Assembly: GCA_963520775.1 (NCBI GenBank)
Contig: CAUQSL010000007.1
Coordinates: 3,837-67,836, forward strand
Direction of reading: 5' to 3'
From: an uncultured Peptostreptococcus sp.
GTDB taxonomy: Bacteria > Bacillota > Clostridia > Peptostreptococcales > Peptostreptococcaceae
DNA length: 64,000 nucleotides
This document shows, in pieces, positions 1 through 8,704 of the stretch. Under the pieces are notes generated by a model. That model ran no database searches and was not told the origin of the DNA. It worked only from the letters and a program-made list of their open reading frames with translations. The position numbers and the translations under genes are program-made. Each line of letters starts with the position of its first letter. Within the stretch, counting starts at the first letter, position 1.

Positions 1-675
1 CTCTTTTCCGTACACACCAATAGAATATCCACCATTTATTGACACAAGCTTCATACAAGGCACATCCGTATCACTATCTCCAATATACACCATATTTCTA
101 AATGGAACTCTAGTTTTATCTTCACTTAAATAGTCGTTGACTTTCGCGTCATTAACTTCAAGAGCACCCTTTTTTATTCTAAATAAAAATTGAGTTTTAT
201 TAGTGTAATTAATACACTGTGCAGGCCATACTGCTACCCCATCCTCGTCATAGTAAAATGAGCTCGCATAAATTTTTTTAAAATATTTTGCTACTTCAGT
301 CGCTTCTATCATTTCTTTCAAACCTGATGAAATGATGTAATGTTCTACCATTATCCCTTTTTCTTGACCATATCTATTAATCCTATCAAACCAGGTATTC
401 ACTCCAGGATATAAAGCAACCTTTGAACCATATTCGTTTAGTGTCCTTGTATTAATAATATGCTTTCCTCTTGACTCTTTAGCCATTTTATACATCCATG
501 CCAAGTTTTGATCCATATCATTATCACTAGCTAGTTTATTGGACTCAGCCCAAAATTTTTCAACTTCTTGTCCTAATGATTGTATAAATCCTTGAGCTTG
601 CATATCATTTGGTGAAAGAGTTTTATCAAAATCATAACAAATAGCTAAAACTATCTCATTTTTGTTAGTAATCAT
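1..675 (-). CDS. HAD-superfamily hydrolase, 3' end outside the window; not in the ORF track
   Basis: Manual translation from ATG at 675 (RBS GAAAGGA): MITNKNEIVLAICYDFDKTLSP...YIISSG...YIGDSDTDVPCMK. HAD motif I (DxDxT) and motif IV (GDSxTD) present; frame open to position 1. Confidence 0.85.
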   Translation of the reverse strand, partial: MITNKNEIVLAICYDFDKTLSPNDMQAQGFIQSLGQEVEKFWAESNKLASDNDMDQNLAWMYKMAKESRGKHIINTRTLNEYGSKVALYPGVNTWFDRINRYGQEKGIMVEHYIISSGLKEMIEATEVAKYFKKIYASSFYYDEDGVAVWPAQCINYTNKTQFLFRIKKGALEVNDAKVNDYLSEDKTRVPFRNMVYIGDSDTDVPCMKLVSINGGYSIGVYGKE

Positions 676-718
676 TTCTAATATCCTTTCATTACTTTAT
701 AAATTTTACCACTTGTGG

Positions 719-738
719 CAGAGATAAACAATAATTTA
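719..738 (+). repeat. Putative recombination site A (CAGAGATAAACAATAATTTA)
   Basis: Exact 20-bp reverse complement of 1467-1486 inside hsdS2. Confidence 0.85.
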
Positions 739-884
739 CCGACTCGTCCGCGCAACGCACGAATAGCTGTGAAGCAGCGTAGGCATACACCGAATCCAAA
801 CGGATGCTTGTATCCGGACGTCAAGGTGTCTGGCAGAGGCGGTAATGATGAAACTACGGAGCAGTTTTTGTATCTATTAGCGGC

Positions 885-2006
885 TTAAAGGTCGATGTTG
901 GAGACATCAAGTTCGCCGGACATAAGTTTGGGCAATAACGAATCACGAGTTGAAGCTAATATTGTGTTTTCCTCCTTGTGCTGTCCTATCATTTCAAAAA
1001 TTGGTGTAACAATTGATGTGTAACTATGAACTTCTTCAATATCTAAACTTGATATGGACATAGAAGCAATGTGTTTGGGGTAAATATGCGGTTGAGCCGA
1101 ACCTGTTTGAGCGTCAAATATTTCTTTTTGGCGTTTTTTTAGAAGTACATACCAAAAATAAACATCATCTGTCATTGAGCTATCAATAAAAGATGAGTCT
1201 GACGACCAAACAGGGACATTCCATAGACTTACATACCCTGCATTAGCTCCTGATGCCGAAATTGTAAGTATTGGCGATTGAGTATTCGCTACATTGTGAT
1301 ATGTAGAGGGCTCTAATCCTCCAGCAATTACGGGGATATCGCCAAAAATTGCATTTTTAGAAAGTAAGCTTTTTCCACGTCTGGGTGTGATATAGTCACC
1401 TATGGTACAATAACCATTTGAAATGTCAGGAAACATATTATCAAATATCGCCTGAGCTTGCTGCTCTAAATTATTGTTTATCTCTGTGTTTTGCCTAATT
1501 TTTTCATCTATAACACTGAGAATAGCAACAATATTTTTTTGAGTGTCAATATCAGGAAGTAGCACTTCTAAATTTTCAATATCTGATGGTTTTAGAGACG
1601 GATAAGCCGATACACTCTGTTCTGCTATTGCTTGCAAATATTCTGTTATCTCTTTTTGAGTTAGCACATAATATATGTAGTCTGGAATCGCTTTCTCTGT
1701 GTTTACATCAATGACTGCAAAGCCAGTAGATACCAAAAAATTCTTGGGCTGTTCCTTGATAATTCCATAGTGCAACTGGTTAGGTCTTACGGTTGAATAA
1801 ATAATACTATTCGATTTTACTTTTCTTCTTGCCCTGCTCGGTAGCTTATCCATTGATGTGTTGATATATTGTATTTCAGAAATACGATTCATAGTAATGT
1901 TACCGGTATCCAAGTAATTTACAAATTGCCAATTCTCTTTTGAAGAATATGTGTCCTGATTTGTCAAAACTATTGTACCAAGTCTAACTAATTTCCATTC
2001 GGCCAT
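885..2006 (-). CDS. hsdS: Type I R-M specificity subunit, copy 2 (two TRDs)
   Basis: Central conserved region INNNLEQQAQAIF and C-terminal RDSLLPKLMSGELDV; likely start MAEWK at 2006 after RBS GAGAGGA. Confidence 0.93.
   Translation of the reverse strand: MAEWKLVRLGTIVLTNQDTYSSKENWQFVNYLDTGNITMNRISEIQYINTSMDKLPSRARRKVKSNSIIYSTVRPNQLHYGIIKEQPKNFLVSTGFAVIDVNTEKAIPDYIYYVLTQKEITEYLQAIAEQSVSAYPSLKPSDIENLEVLLPDIDTQKNIVAILSVIDEKIRQNTEINNNLEQQAQAIFDNMFPDISNGYCTIGDYITPRRGKSLLSKNAIFGDIPVIAGGLEPSTYHNVANTQSPILTISASGANAGYVSLWNVPVWSSDSSFIDSSMTDDVYFWYVLLKKRQKEIFDAQTGSAQPHIYPKHIASMSISSLDIEEVHSYTSIVTPIFEMIGQHKEENTILASTRDSLLPKLMSGELDVSNIDL
1457..1486 (-). repeat. Putative recombination site B in the hsdS2 central conserved region
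   Basis: 26-bp CTTGCTGCTCTAAATTATTGTTTATC (1457-1482) is identical to 3712-3737; its core is inverted relative to sites A and C. Confidence 0.85.
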
Positions 2007-2019
2007 AATCTTTTCCTCT

Positions 2020-3009
2020 CTATCCAATATATTTTCGATGAGCAATTTTTACATTGCTCTGTTTTACCATTGCATACTGCAAGGTCGTATCTATCTTTCT
2101 ATGCCCCAAGAGCTGTTGTAATTGCTCAATGGGCATTCCTTTATCTATTGCCATAGTTGCAAGGGTACGCCTGAATTTATGTGGGTGTACCTTTTGCAAA
2201 CCTAATTTCTTTCCGTATTCTCTTAATCTCACTTCAACCCCTCCTATTTTCAGTCTTTTGTGAGGTGATTTCAAAGATACGAAAAGCGCCGGATTATCAT
2301 CTGTTCTGCTTTTCAAGTAATTCTGCAAATGTATCTTTGTTCTTGCATCAAAGTAAACAACCCTTTCTTTACTGCCCTTACCGAAAACAATACATTCCCT
2401 CTCATTGAAATCAATATCATTGCGGTTAAGCAGCACCATTTCTCCTACACGCATACCAGTAGAAGCAAGCATATCTATAATTGCCAAATCTCTCAGTTCC
2501 GTGCAGTTATCTCTCATAAGCTCCAACGCTTCATCAGAGTATGTTTCTTTGATGTTCGTGCCGGTTTTAACCTTATGTATTCGCCTGACAGGACTTTTCA
2601 GTATATAGTCCTCGTCCTCAAGCCACGAAAAGAAACTTGAAAGAATACGGCGTATATTGTCTATTGTAACTTTACTTGACTTTTTCTTTTCCTGATACTC
2701 TGTCAGGTATCTTCTTATATCATCTGTAACTATGCGTTTGACATCTTTTTGGAGTTCATCAAGCATAGCTTCAATAGTAGATTTGTAGTATTTAAGGGAT
2801 TTCTCGGAACAGCCCTCAATTCGTTTTGCCGACAGAAACAGTTCCATATAGTTCTGCTCCGAGTTGTTTTCTTGTTTCTTGTTTTCTGTTACATCATAAT
2901 TTGCAAAGGTATATTGCAAAACTTCTTGTAACTTCTCATTTTGTGCGTTGTTCAAGTATGGTAACATTCCTTGAACAATATCTTTGATTAAATCTTGTTT
3001 CACAGTCAA
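2020..3009 (-). CDS. Tyrosine recombinase/integrase associated with the hsdS genes
   Basis: Catalytic motifs TGMRVGE, GKGSK, HKFRR, LGH, QY; lies between two hsdS genes; RBS AAGGAGGA (start may be GTG at 3003). Confidence 0.93.
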   Translation of the reverse strand: MTVKQDLIKDIVQGMLPYLNNAQNEKLQEVLQYTFANYDVTENKKQENNSEQNYMELFLSAKRIEGCSEKSLKYYKSTIEAMLDELQKDVKRIVTDDIRRYLTEYQEKKKSSKVTIDNIRRILSSFFSWLEDEDYILKSPVRRIHKVKTGTNIKETYSDEALELMRDNCTELRDLAIIDMLASTGMRVGEMVLLNRNDIDFNERECIVFGKGSKERVVYFDARTKIHLQNYLKSRTDDNPALFVSLKSPHKRLKIGGVEVRLREYGKKLGLQKVHPHKFRRTLATMAIDKGMPIEQLQQLLGHRKIDTTLQYAMVKQSNVKIAHRKYIG

Positions 3010-3102
3010 TCCTCCTTATTTATTCTTAGAGAACGACTACGGGGCGGAAGTCCCCCGATATTAACTTCTGCCACCCTCAGAAGTTATGGGTAAGTTATAT
3101 GC

Positions 3103-3116
3103 TAAACAATAATTTA
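3103..3116 (+). repeat. Putative recombination site C (TAAACAATAATTTA)
   Basis: 14-bp core 5 bp from the hsdS1 stop codon, inverted relative to the hsdS-internal copies. Confidence 0.8.
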
Positions 3117-3121
3117 ATGGC

Positions 3122-4252
3122 TTAAAAGTCGATATCGGAGACATCGAGTTCGCCGAACATAAGCTTCGACAACAGCGTGTCTCTCAACTCTGCCATCTTA
3201 CCATTTTCCTGAATGTTAGCTTCGACTTGAGCCATGAGTTGTCCAGCAAGCGATTCAAACTCATTTAGTATCTCCTTGTCAGGCAAAAGAATAGCAGTTT
3301 TATTCATATCTCCTTGGGTAATCAAGGGTTGCGTAGAACCTCTATTCATGGAATGATAGTCAATTCTTTGAAGGATCTGATATGTGTACTCATAGAAATC
3401 ACTCGTGATGACCAGTGTATTATCCGATGTCCAGCATGGAATATTGAACCGCTGTATAGTACCATGGGTACCGACACGACCTGTCACAAGAATTCTATCA
3501 ACATGGTTAGCTTCAGAGGTATAACCCATTACCGAAGCTGCTCCAACAAGGGGGATTATAGCTTCTTCGGTTTTATCGATAGATTTCATCGGAGGACGTT
3601 TCCCGCTTGTAATAGAAGCGATATTGGCTAAAATACCTTTCTTCCACGTCTGGGGGCAAATGCCATCAAACCGATTAAAGTCCTCAAACCATGCTTGGTA
3701 AACTGCATATACTTGCTGCTCTAAATTATTGTTTATCGCATTGTTCAATGCTATTTTGTCATCAAGATCTCTTAGTATACTTCCTATTTTTCTTTGCTCT
3801 TCGATATTAGGCAACTCTATATCCAAATCAGCAACTACATCAGTTTGTACTCTTTGGCGACCCGATGACCCAACCATAGATTTAATTGCTGGATTACGAA
3901 CCAATGGGCTACAAACCAAATAATACAAAAAATCAGCATCACTAACATCTTCAATAGAACGAAAAACAATGTATTCAGTTGATCCAAAACCAACTTCATC
4001 ATCATCCAAAATAGAAACCTTTGAAATTTTTCCATTCTCCAAACAAGGTGTTATTCTTGCCATTATCGTGTCATCATTTCTAAATTTAGCTCCACCCTTA
4101 TACTCTTCCCAAATGAATTCTGTAATATCCCTACAAAACGGTTGCAATTTATCCATTGGTATTTTTTTTGCCATGATGCCTTTACCAATACTTTCTTTGG
4201 GATTGATATGAGCAATTTCGGATAGCTTTTTTATACGCCAATTACACTTCAT
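3122..4252 (-). CDS. hsdS: Type I R-M specificity subunit, copy 1 (coupled to hsdM)
   Basis: TRD motif ARITPCLENGK...GSTEYIV, central INNNLEQQ, C-terminal LRDTLLSKLMFGELDV; ATG overlaps the hsdM 3' end. Confidence 0.93.
   Translation of the reverse strand: MKCNWRIKKLSEIAHINPKESIGKGIMAKKIPMDKLQPFCRDITEFIWEEYKGGAKFRNDDTIMARITPCLENGKISKVSILDDDEVGFGSTEYIVFRSIEDVSDADFLYYLVCSPLVRNPAIKSMVGSSGRQRVQTDVVADLDIELPNIEEQRKIGSILRDLDDKIALNNAINNNLEQQVYAVYQAWFEDFNRFDGICPQTWKKGILANIASITSGKRPPMKSIDKTEEAIIPLVGAASVMGYTSEANHVDRILVTGRVGTHGTIQRFNIPCWTSDNTLVITSDFYEYTYQILQRIDYHSMNRGSTQPLITQGDMNKTAILLPDKEILNEFESLAGQLMAQVEANIQENGKMAELRDTLLSKLMFGELDVSDIDF
3712..3737 (-). repeat. Putative recombination site D in the hsdS1 central conserved region
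   Basis: Identical 26-bp direct repeat of 1457-1482. Confidence 0.85.
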
Positions 4253-5768
4253 ACCCAATCGCCCCCAGTTTCTTTCTTATTTCTTCTTCCAATTCATGAG
4301 ATTTTTTAAACATATCAGAAAGTTCCGAGGTCAATCTCTTCATCTTTTCTTCAAATGGCTCTCCATCATCTTCCTGTTCTTCAATTCCTACATATCTACC
4401 AGGAGTTAAGATATAATCTTGTTTTGCTATATCTTCTATTGATGCTATCGCTGAAAATCCCTTTTTCTCTTCTAATACTCCATTTTGAAAATCTTCAAAG
4501 GTCTTAGCTAATAAGTCAATGTCACCAAGACTTCCATCTTCTTGTATCCCTTCCGTAAAATCTCTGTGTTTTCTATCAACCATATATCCCATTTTACGAG
4601 CATCGATAAATAGCGTCTTACCTTTTTGCTTTTTATTTTTAGTGATGAACCACAATGTCACTGGAATAGTTACGCTATAAAATAACTGTGTCGGTAAAGC
4701 TACAATCCCTTCAATCAAATCATCTTCTATGATCTTTCTTCGGATTTCCCCTTCTCCAGAAGATTGGGATGATAATGCTCCGTTAGCAAGTACTAAGCCT
4801 ATTTTCCCATTAGGTGCTAAGTGGTGAATCATATGTTGTATCCAAGCATAGTTTGCATTTCCTGATGGTGGAGTTCCATATTTCCATCTAACATCATCTT
4901 TTAATTTATCTGCGCCCCAATTAGAAAGATTAAATGGAGGATTTGCCATAATGAAATCCGATTTCAATGTTTTATGGATGTCATTAAAAAATGTATCGGC
5001 ATGATAAGAACCGAAATTAGCATCAATTCCTCTTATTGCCATATTCATTTTTGCCATCTTCCATGTATCTGCATTAGATTCCTGTCCATAAACTGAAATA
5101 TTTCCTCGGTTGTTGCTATGAGCCTGCACAAATTTTTCACTCTGTACAAACATACCACCGCTGCCGCAACAAGGATCATACACTCGGCAATTATTGAAAG
5201 GCTTCAGTATAGCAACGATAGTCTTTACAATACTTGAAGGCGTGTAGAATTCTCCACCCTTTGTTCCTTCATAGGAAGCAAACTGAGCAATACAATATTC
5301 ATATGTCCTTCCCAGTAAATCTTTGCTTACTTCTGTTCCATCCATTTTTACTTCGTTGGTAAATAAGTCAACAACTTCCCCCAATACTCTTTTATCCAAA
5401 TCTGGGTTGGCATAGTTCTTAGGCAAAACATTTTTTAAACTCGCATTTTCTTTTTCAATTGCCCTCATTGCATCATCGATTACTGTACCAATTTCAGGTG
5501 TGTGTGCAGCGGAAGAAATCTTGCTCCAACGAGCTTCTTCTGGCACAAAAAAAATGTTTTCTTCTGCATATGCATCCCTGTCATTTTCGAAACCATCACC
5601 TTCTTTTAAAAGTTCCTCATAACGCTTTTCAAAGGCACTGGATATATAACGAAGAAAAATAAGTCCAACAATTACTTTTCGATATTCAGCAGCAGGAATA
5701 TGTCCCCAAAGAACACAAGCTGCGTCCCAAATTTGTTTTTCAAAACCTATCTTTGTGCTATCAGCCAT
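4242..5768 (-). CDS. hsdM: Type I R-M N6-adenine methyltransferase subunit
   Basis: GEFYTP, DPCCGSGG (motif I), ANPPF (motif IV), LTPGRYVG. Confidence 0.96.
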   Translation of the reverse strand: MADSTKIGFEKQIWDAACVLWGHIPAAEYRKVIVGLIFLRYISSAFEKRYEELLKEGDGFENDRDAYAEENIFFVPEEARWSKISSAAHTPEIGTVIDDAMRAIEKENASLKNVLPKNYANPDLDKRVLGEVVDLFTNEVKMDGTEVSKDLLGRTYEYCIAQFASYEGTKGGEFYTPSSIVKTIVAILKPFNNCRVYDPCCGSGGMFVQSEKFVQAHSNNRGNISVYGQESNADTWKMAKMNMAIRGIDANFGSYHADTFFNDIHKTLKSDFIMANPPFNLSNWGADKLKDDVRWKYGTPPSGNANYAWIQHMIHHLAPNGKIGLVLANGALSSQSSGEGEIRRKIIEDDLIEGIVALPTQLFYSVTIPVTLWFITKNKKQKGKTLFIDARKMGYMVDRKHRDFTEGIQEDGSLGDIDLLAKTFEDFQNGVLEEKKGFSAIASIEDIAKQDYILTPGRYVGIEEQEDDGEPFEEKMKRLTSELSDMFKKSHELEEEIRKKLGAIGYEV

Positions 5769-5910
5769 TTTTTAGATCTCCTAATATCATATAATTTTAA
5801 TTTAATAATCTATATATAATTCTATTTTCTAAACACTTTATATTATATCATATTTCTGTACATTAACAGTACTTATATATTTGATAATCATTATATTTTT
5901 TATAAAAAAA

Positions 5911-5960
5911 ATAGCGTTGGGAGAGAATTTTCTCTCACCAACGCTAAATATTATACAACC
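5911..5960 (-). terminator. Hairpin terminator; dispersed repeat copy 1
   Basis: TAGCGTTGG..GAGAG/CTCTC..CCAACGCTA stem with U-tract on the minus strand; near-identical to 63215-63263. Confidence 0.75.
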
Positions 5961-6039
5961 TTTTATTCATAGTCACCAACCCGATAGTTTAGAGATGGAT
6001 TTTTCTAACCAACCCGATAATTTATACTATCCTTTTAAT

Positions 6040-6615
6040 CTATTTTAATATTTTCTTTACAGTTTTCTTTAGCACTGGAACAACATCTTGAACAAACCAA
6101 GGATTCTTTGCCTGCCATCTAAAATTCAAGGGACTTGGATGAACGATTGGAAAATACTTAGGTAAATACTCATCAAAGCACCTGACTGTTTCTGTAAGAT
6201 TCTTCTTTGTCCTACCCTTGATATAGTAATCCATAGAATATTTACCGATAAGAATTGTAAGTTCAATGTTGTTTAGTTCCTTAAGTATAGGTCCATGGTA
6301 TTCCTGAGCAATAAATTTTCTAGGTGGCAAATCACCTGTTTTAGCCTTGCCAGGATAGTAAAAATCCATTGGAACTATTGCAATTTCTTTAGAATAAAAC
6401 GTATCTTTATCTATACCCATCCAAGAAATAAGGGTTTCTCCAGATTTATCATTAAATGGAATAAGTGATTCCTCCACCTTTTTTCCAGGTGCCTGACCTA
6501 CGATTAGAATCCTAGCTTCCTTATCTACTTGAAGTATTGGTGGTATGTTCTTATTTGTATATTCGGTATTTCTTTTGTCTAGTTCAATTTGCTTTATTAT
6601 ACCTTTTAGCGACAT
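6040..6615 (-). CDS. Uracil-DNA glycosylase superfamily protein
   Basis: GQAPG and HPSP motifs; likely start MSLKG at 6615 after GGAGG. Confidence 0.85.
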   Translation of the reverse strand: MSLKGIIKQIELDKRNTEYTNKNIPPILQVDKEARILIVGQAPGKKVEESLIPFNDKSGETLISWMGIDKDTFYSKEIAIVPMDFYYPGKAKTGDLPPRKFIAQEYHGPILKELNNIELTILIGKYSMDYYIKGRTKKNLTETVRCFDEYLPKYFPIVHPSPLNFRWQAKNPWFVQDVVPVLKKTVKKILK

Positions 6616-6683
6616 AGTATAACCTCCGATACTAAAAAACAAATATCTCACCATTAAATAGTGAGGCTTAAATAATATGTAGC

Positions 6684-6860
6684 TTATAGCTCTATAACCT
6701 TGTTCTCGCCCTTTGCTGAGTAAAGTATTACTATACCAGTCTCAAAGTAGAATGTTGACATTATATCTTCTTCCATTGAGTAAATTGAGCTGATAACATC
6801 GATATCAGAATCCATGATAGCAATTCTTGCCTCACGGCTTTCATCTTCAGCTAACCACTT
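6684..6860 (-). pseudogene. Possible 3' gene fragment of unknown family
   Basis: 58 open codons KWLAEDESREARIAIMDSDIDV...GENKVIEL*, with an in-frame stop just upstream and no clear RBS. Confidence 0.3.
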
Positions 6861-6909
6861 GAAACCTTAGAATAATCAGTAAAATCAATGGCTTTAGATA
6901 GTGACTTAA

Positions 6910-8445
6910 CTACTCCCACTCAATAGTTCCAGGAGGCTTACTAGTTATATCATACACAACCCTGTTAACCCCTTCAACCTCATTGATTATCCTATTTGAG
7001 ATCCTCTCCAATACATCATAAGGTATCTTGTACCAGTCAGATGTCATACCGTCACTTGATGCAACAGCCCTCAATCCAACTAGGTGGGCATATGTTCTTT
7101 CGTCACCCATTACACCAACAGTCATTACGTCTGGTAGTGTAGCGAAGGCCTGCCATATTTCCTTGTATAGGCCAGCCTTTCTTAGCTCGTCCATATATAC
7201 AGCATCGGCTTCTCTTAGGATGTCGCACTTTTCCTTAGTTACTTCTCCAATTACCCTGATTCCAAGTCCTGGTCCTGGGAATGGGTGTCTAAATATTAGG
7301 TTTTCTTCTATGCCTAATTCTAGACCCATCTTTCTAACCTCGTCCTTGAATAATTCTCTTAGAGGTTCTATTATTTCCTGGAAGTCTACATCTTCTGGCA
7401 GGCCACCAACATTGTGGTGAGACTTGATTGTTGCGGATTCTCCACTACCGGACTCTACTATGTCTGGGTAAATTGTTCCCTGCACCAAGAAGTCCATCTT
7501 TCCTAGTTTCTGAGATTCTGCCTCAAATACCCTGATGAATTCTTCGCCTATTATTTTTCTCTTTGCTTCTGGCTCTGTTACTCCTGCCAGCTTGCCTAGG
7601 AACCTGTCTTCAGCATTTACCCTGATTAGGTTCATACCGAACTTCTGTCTAAAGATTCTCTCAACGTCATCTCCCTCGTTCTTTCTTAGTAGACCATGGT
7701 CAACGAATACGCAAGTTAAATTATCGCCTATAGCCTTGTGCATTAGGGCTGCTGCTACTGATGAGTCTACACCACCACTTAGGGCACATAGGGCCTTCTT
7801 ATCGCCTACCTTTGCCTTTATTTCTGCTACCTTATCATCTATAAATGAGCTAGTAGTCCAGTCCCCACTTACCTGACAAATCTCGTATAGGAAGTTAGTG
7901 ATTATCTTATCACCTTCAATTGAGTGCTCTACTTCTGGGTGGAACTGTACACCATATAACTTCTTGTCTACATTGTGCATAGCTGCTACAGGACAATTCT
8001 TTGTAGTTGCTACTACATCAAAACCATCTGGTACTTGAAGTATATAGTCTGTATGGCTCATCCATACCTGGTTACTTGATATTCCTTCAAAAATTGGTGA
8101 TTGACCATATTCTATAAGAGTCTTACCATATTCTCTAGTCTGGTTGTCCCCCTTCTGGACCTTACCACCTAGTAGGTGGGCCATTAACTGGTCACCGTAG
8201 CATATCCCTAGTATTGGTATACCTATTTCAAATATTTCAGATGAAATCTTTGGTGAGTCTTCTATGTAGGCACTATTAGGTCCACCTGTAAATATTATAC
8301 CCTTTGGATTTTTTTCTTTTATTTTTTCTATGCTAGTAGTATATGGTAGAATTTCACAATATACATTATTTTCCCTTACTCTTCTGGCAATTAGCTGGTT
8401 GTACTGACCTCCAAAATCAATTACAAGAACTATCTCGTGTTTCAT
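6910..8445 (-). CDS. guaA: GMP synthase (glutamine-hydrolysing)
   Basis: [42 protein letters not shown]. Confidence 0.98.
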   Translation of the reverse strand: MKHEIVLVIDFGGQYNQLIARRVRENNVYCEILPYTTSIEKIKEKNPKGIIFTGGPNSAYIEDSPKISSEIFEIGIPILGICYGDQLMAHLLGGKVQKGDNQTREYGKTLIEYGQSPIFEGISSNQVWMSHTDYILQVPDGFDVVATTKNCPVAAMHNVDKKLYGVQFHPEVEHSIEGDKIITNFLYEICQVSGDWTTSSFIDDKVAEIKAKVGDKKALCALSGGVDSSVAAALMHKAIGDNLTCVFVDHGLLRKNEGDDVERIFRQKFGMNLIRVNAEDRFLGKLAGVTEPEAKRKIIGEEFIRVFEAESQKLGKMDFLVQGTIYPDIVESGSGESATIKSHHNVGGLPEDVDFQEIIEPLRELFKDEVRKMGLELGIEENLIFRHPFPGPGLGIRVIGEVTKEKCDILREADAVYMDELRKAGLYKEIWQAFATLPDVMTVGVMGDERTYAHLVGLRAVASSDGMTSDWYKIPYDVLERISNRIINEVEGVNRVVYDITSKPPGTIEWE

Positions 8446-8487
8446 ATTTTCTCCCTTCTTATTCCGGCACTAGATTTATCAAATAAA

Positions 8488-8530
8488 TATACGAACAATC
8501 TAAGTCCTATTGAAATATTTTTTCGTTTTA
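8488..8530. promoter_or_regulatory. Possible PurR operator (paired PurBoxes) upstream of guaA
   Basis: CGAAC-N24-TTTCG, close to the B. subtilis GAAC-N24/25-GTTC arrangement; downstream of a TTGACT...TGATATAAT promoter. Confidence 0.35.
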
Positions 8531-8671
8531 ATTTTCTTATAACAATTATTATATCATATTATAGCTCGTATAAGTCAATCTTATTTCATCTATTATAGTA
8601 AAGTAATATAAATTCAATAGGTATGATTTTCATATACTTTTCTTCTAGTTACATATTTATAATCTTTCAAT

Positions 8672-8697
8672 AAAAAAGGGCCTTTATAGACCCTTTT
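8672..8697 (-). terminator. Intrinsic terminator after the groESL operon
   Basis: AAAAGGG..CCCTTTT stem with U-tract. Confidence 0.65.
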
Positions 8698-8704
8698 GAA
8701 ATTT

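Noticed and set aside
739..888. tmRNA (ssrA) gene, suggested by AATGATGAAACTACG...TTAGCGGCTTAA
   Set aside because: Too short and no tRNA-like 5'/3' ends; only the tag-like peptide ending is kept as a finding.
2020..3009. Prophage or ICE integrase
   Set aside because: No phage or conjugation genes; position between hsdS genes and repeat sites fits a local shuffling recombinase.
8446..8640. Purine riboswitch upstream of guaA
   Set aside because: Core motifs (ATATGG, TTTCTAC, CCNTAAA) not found.
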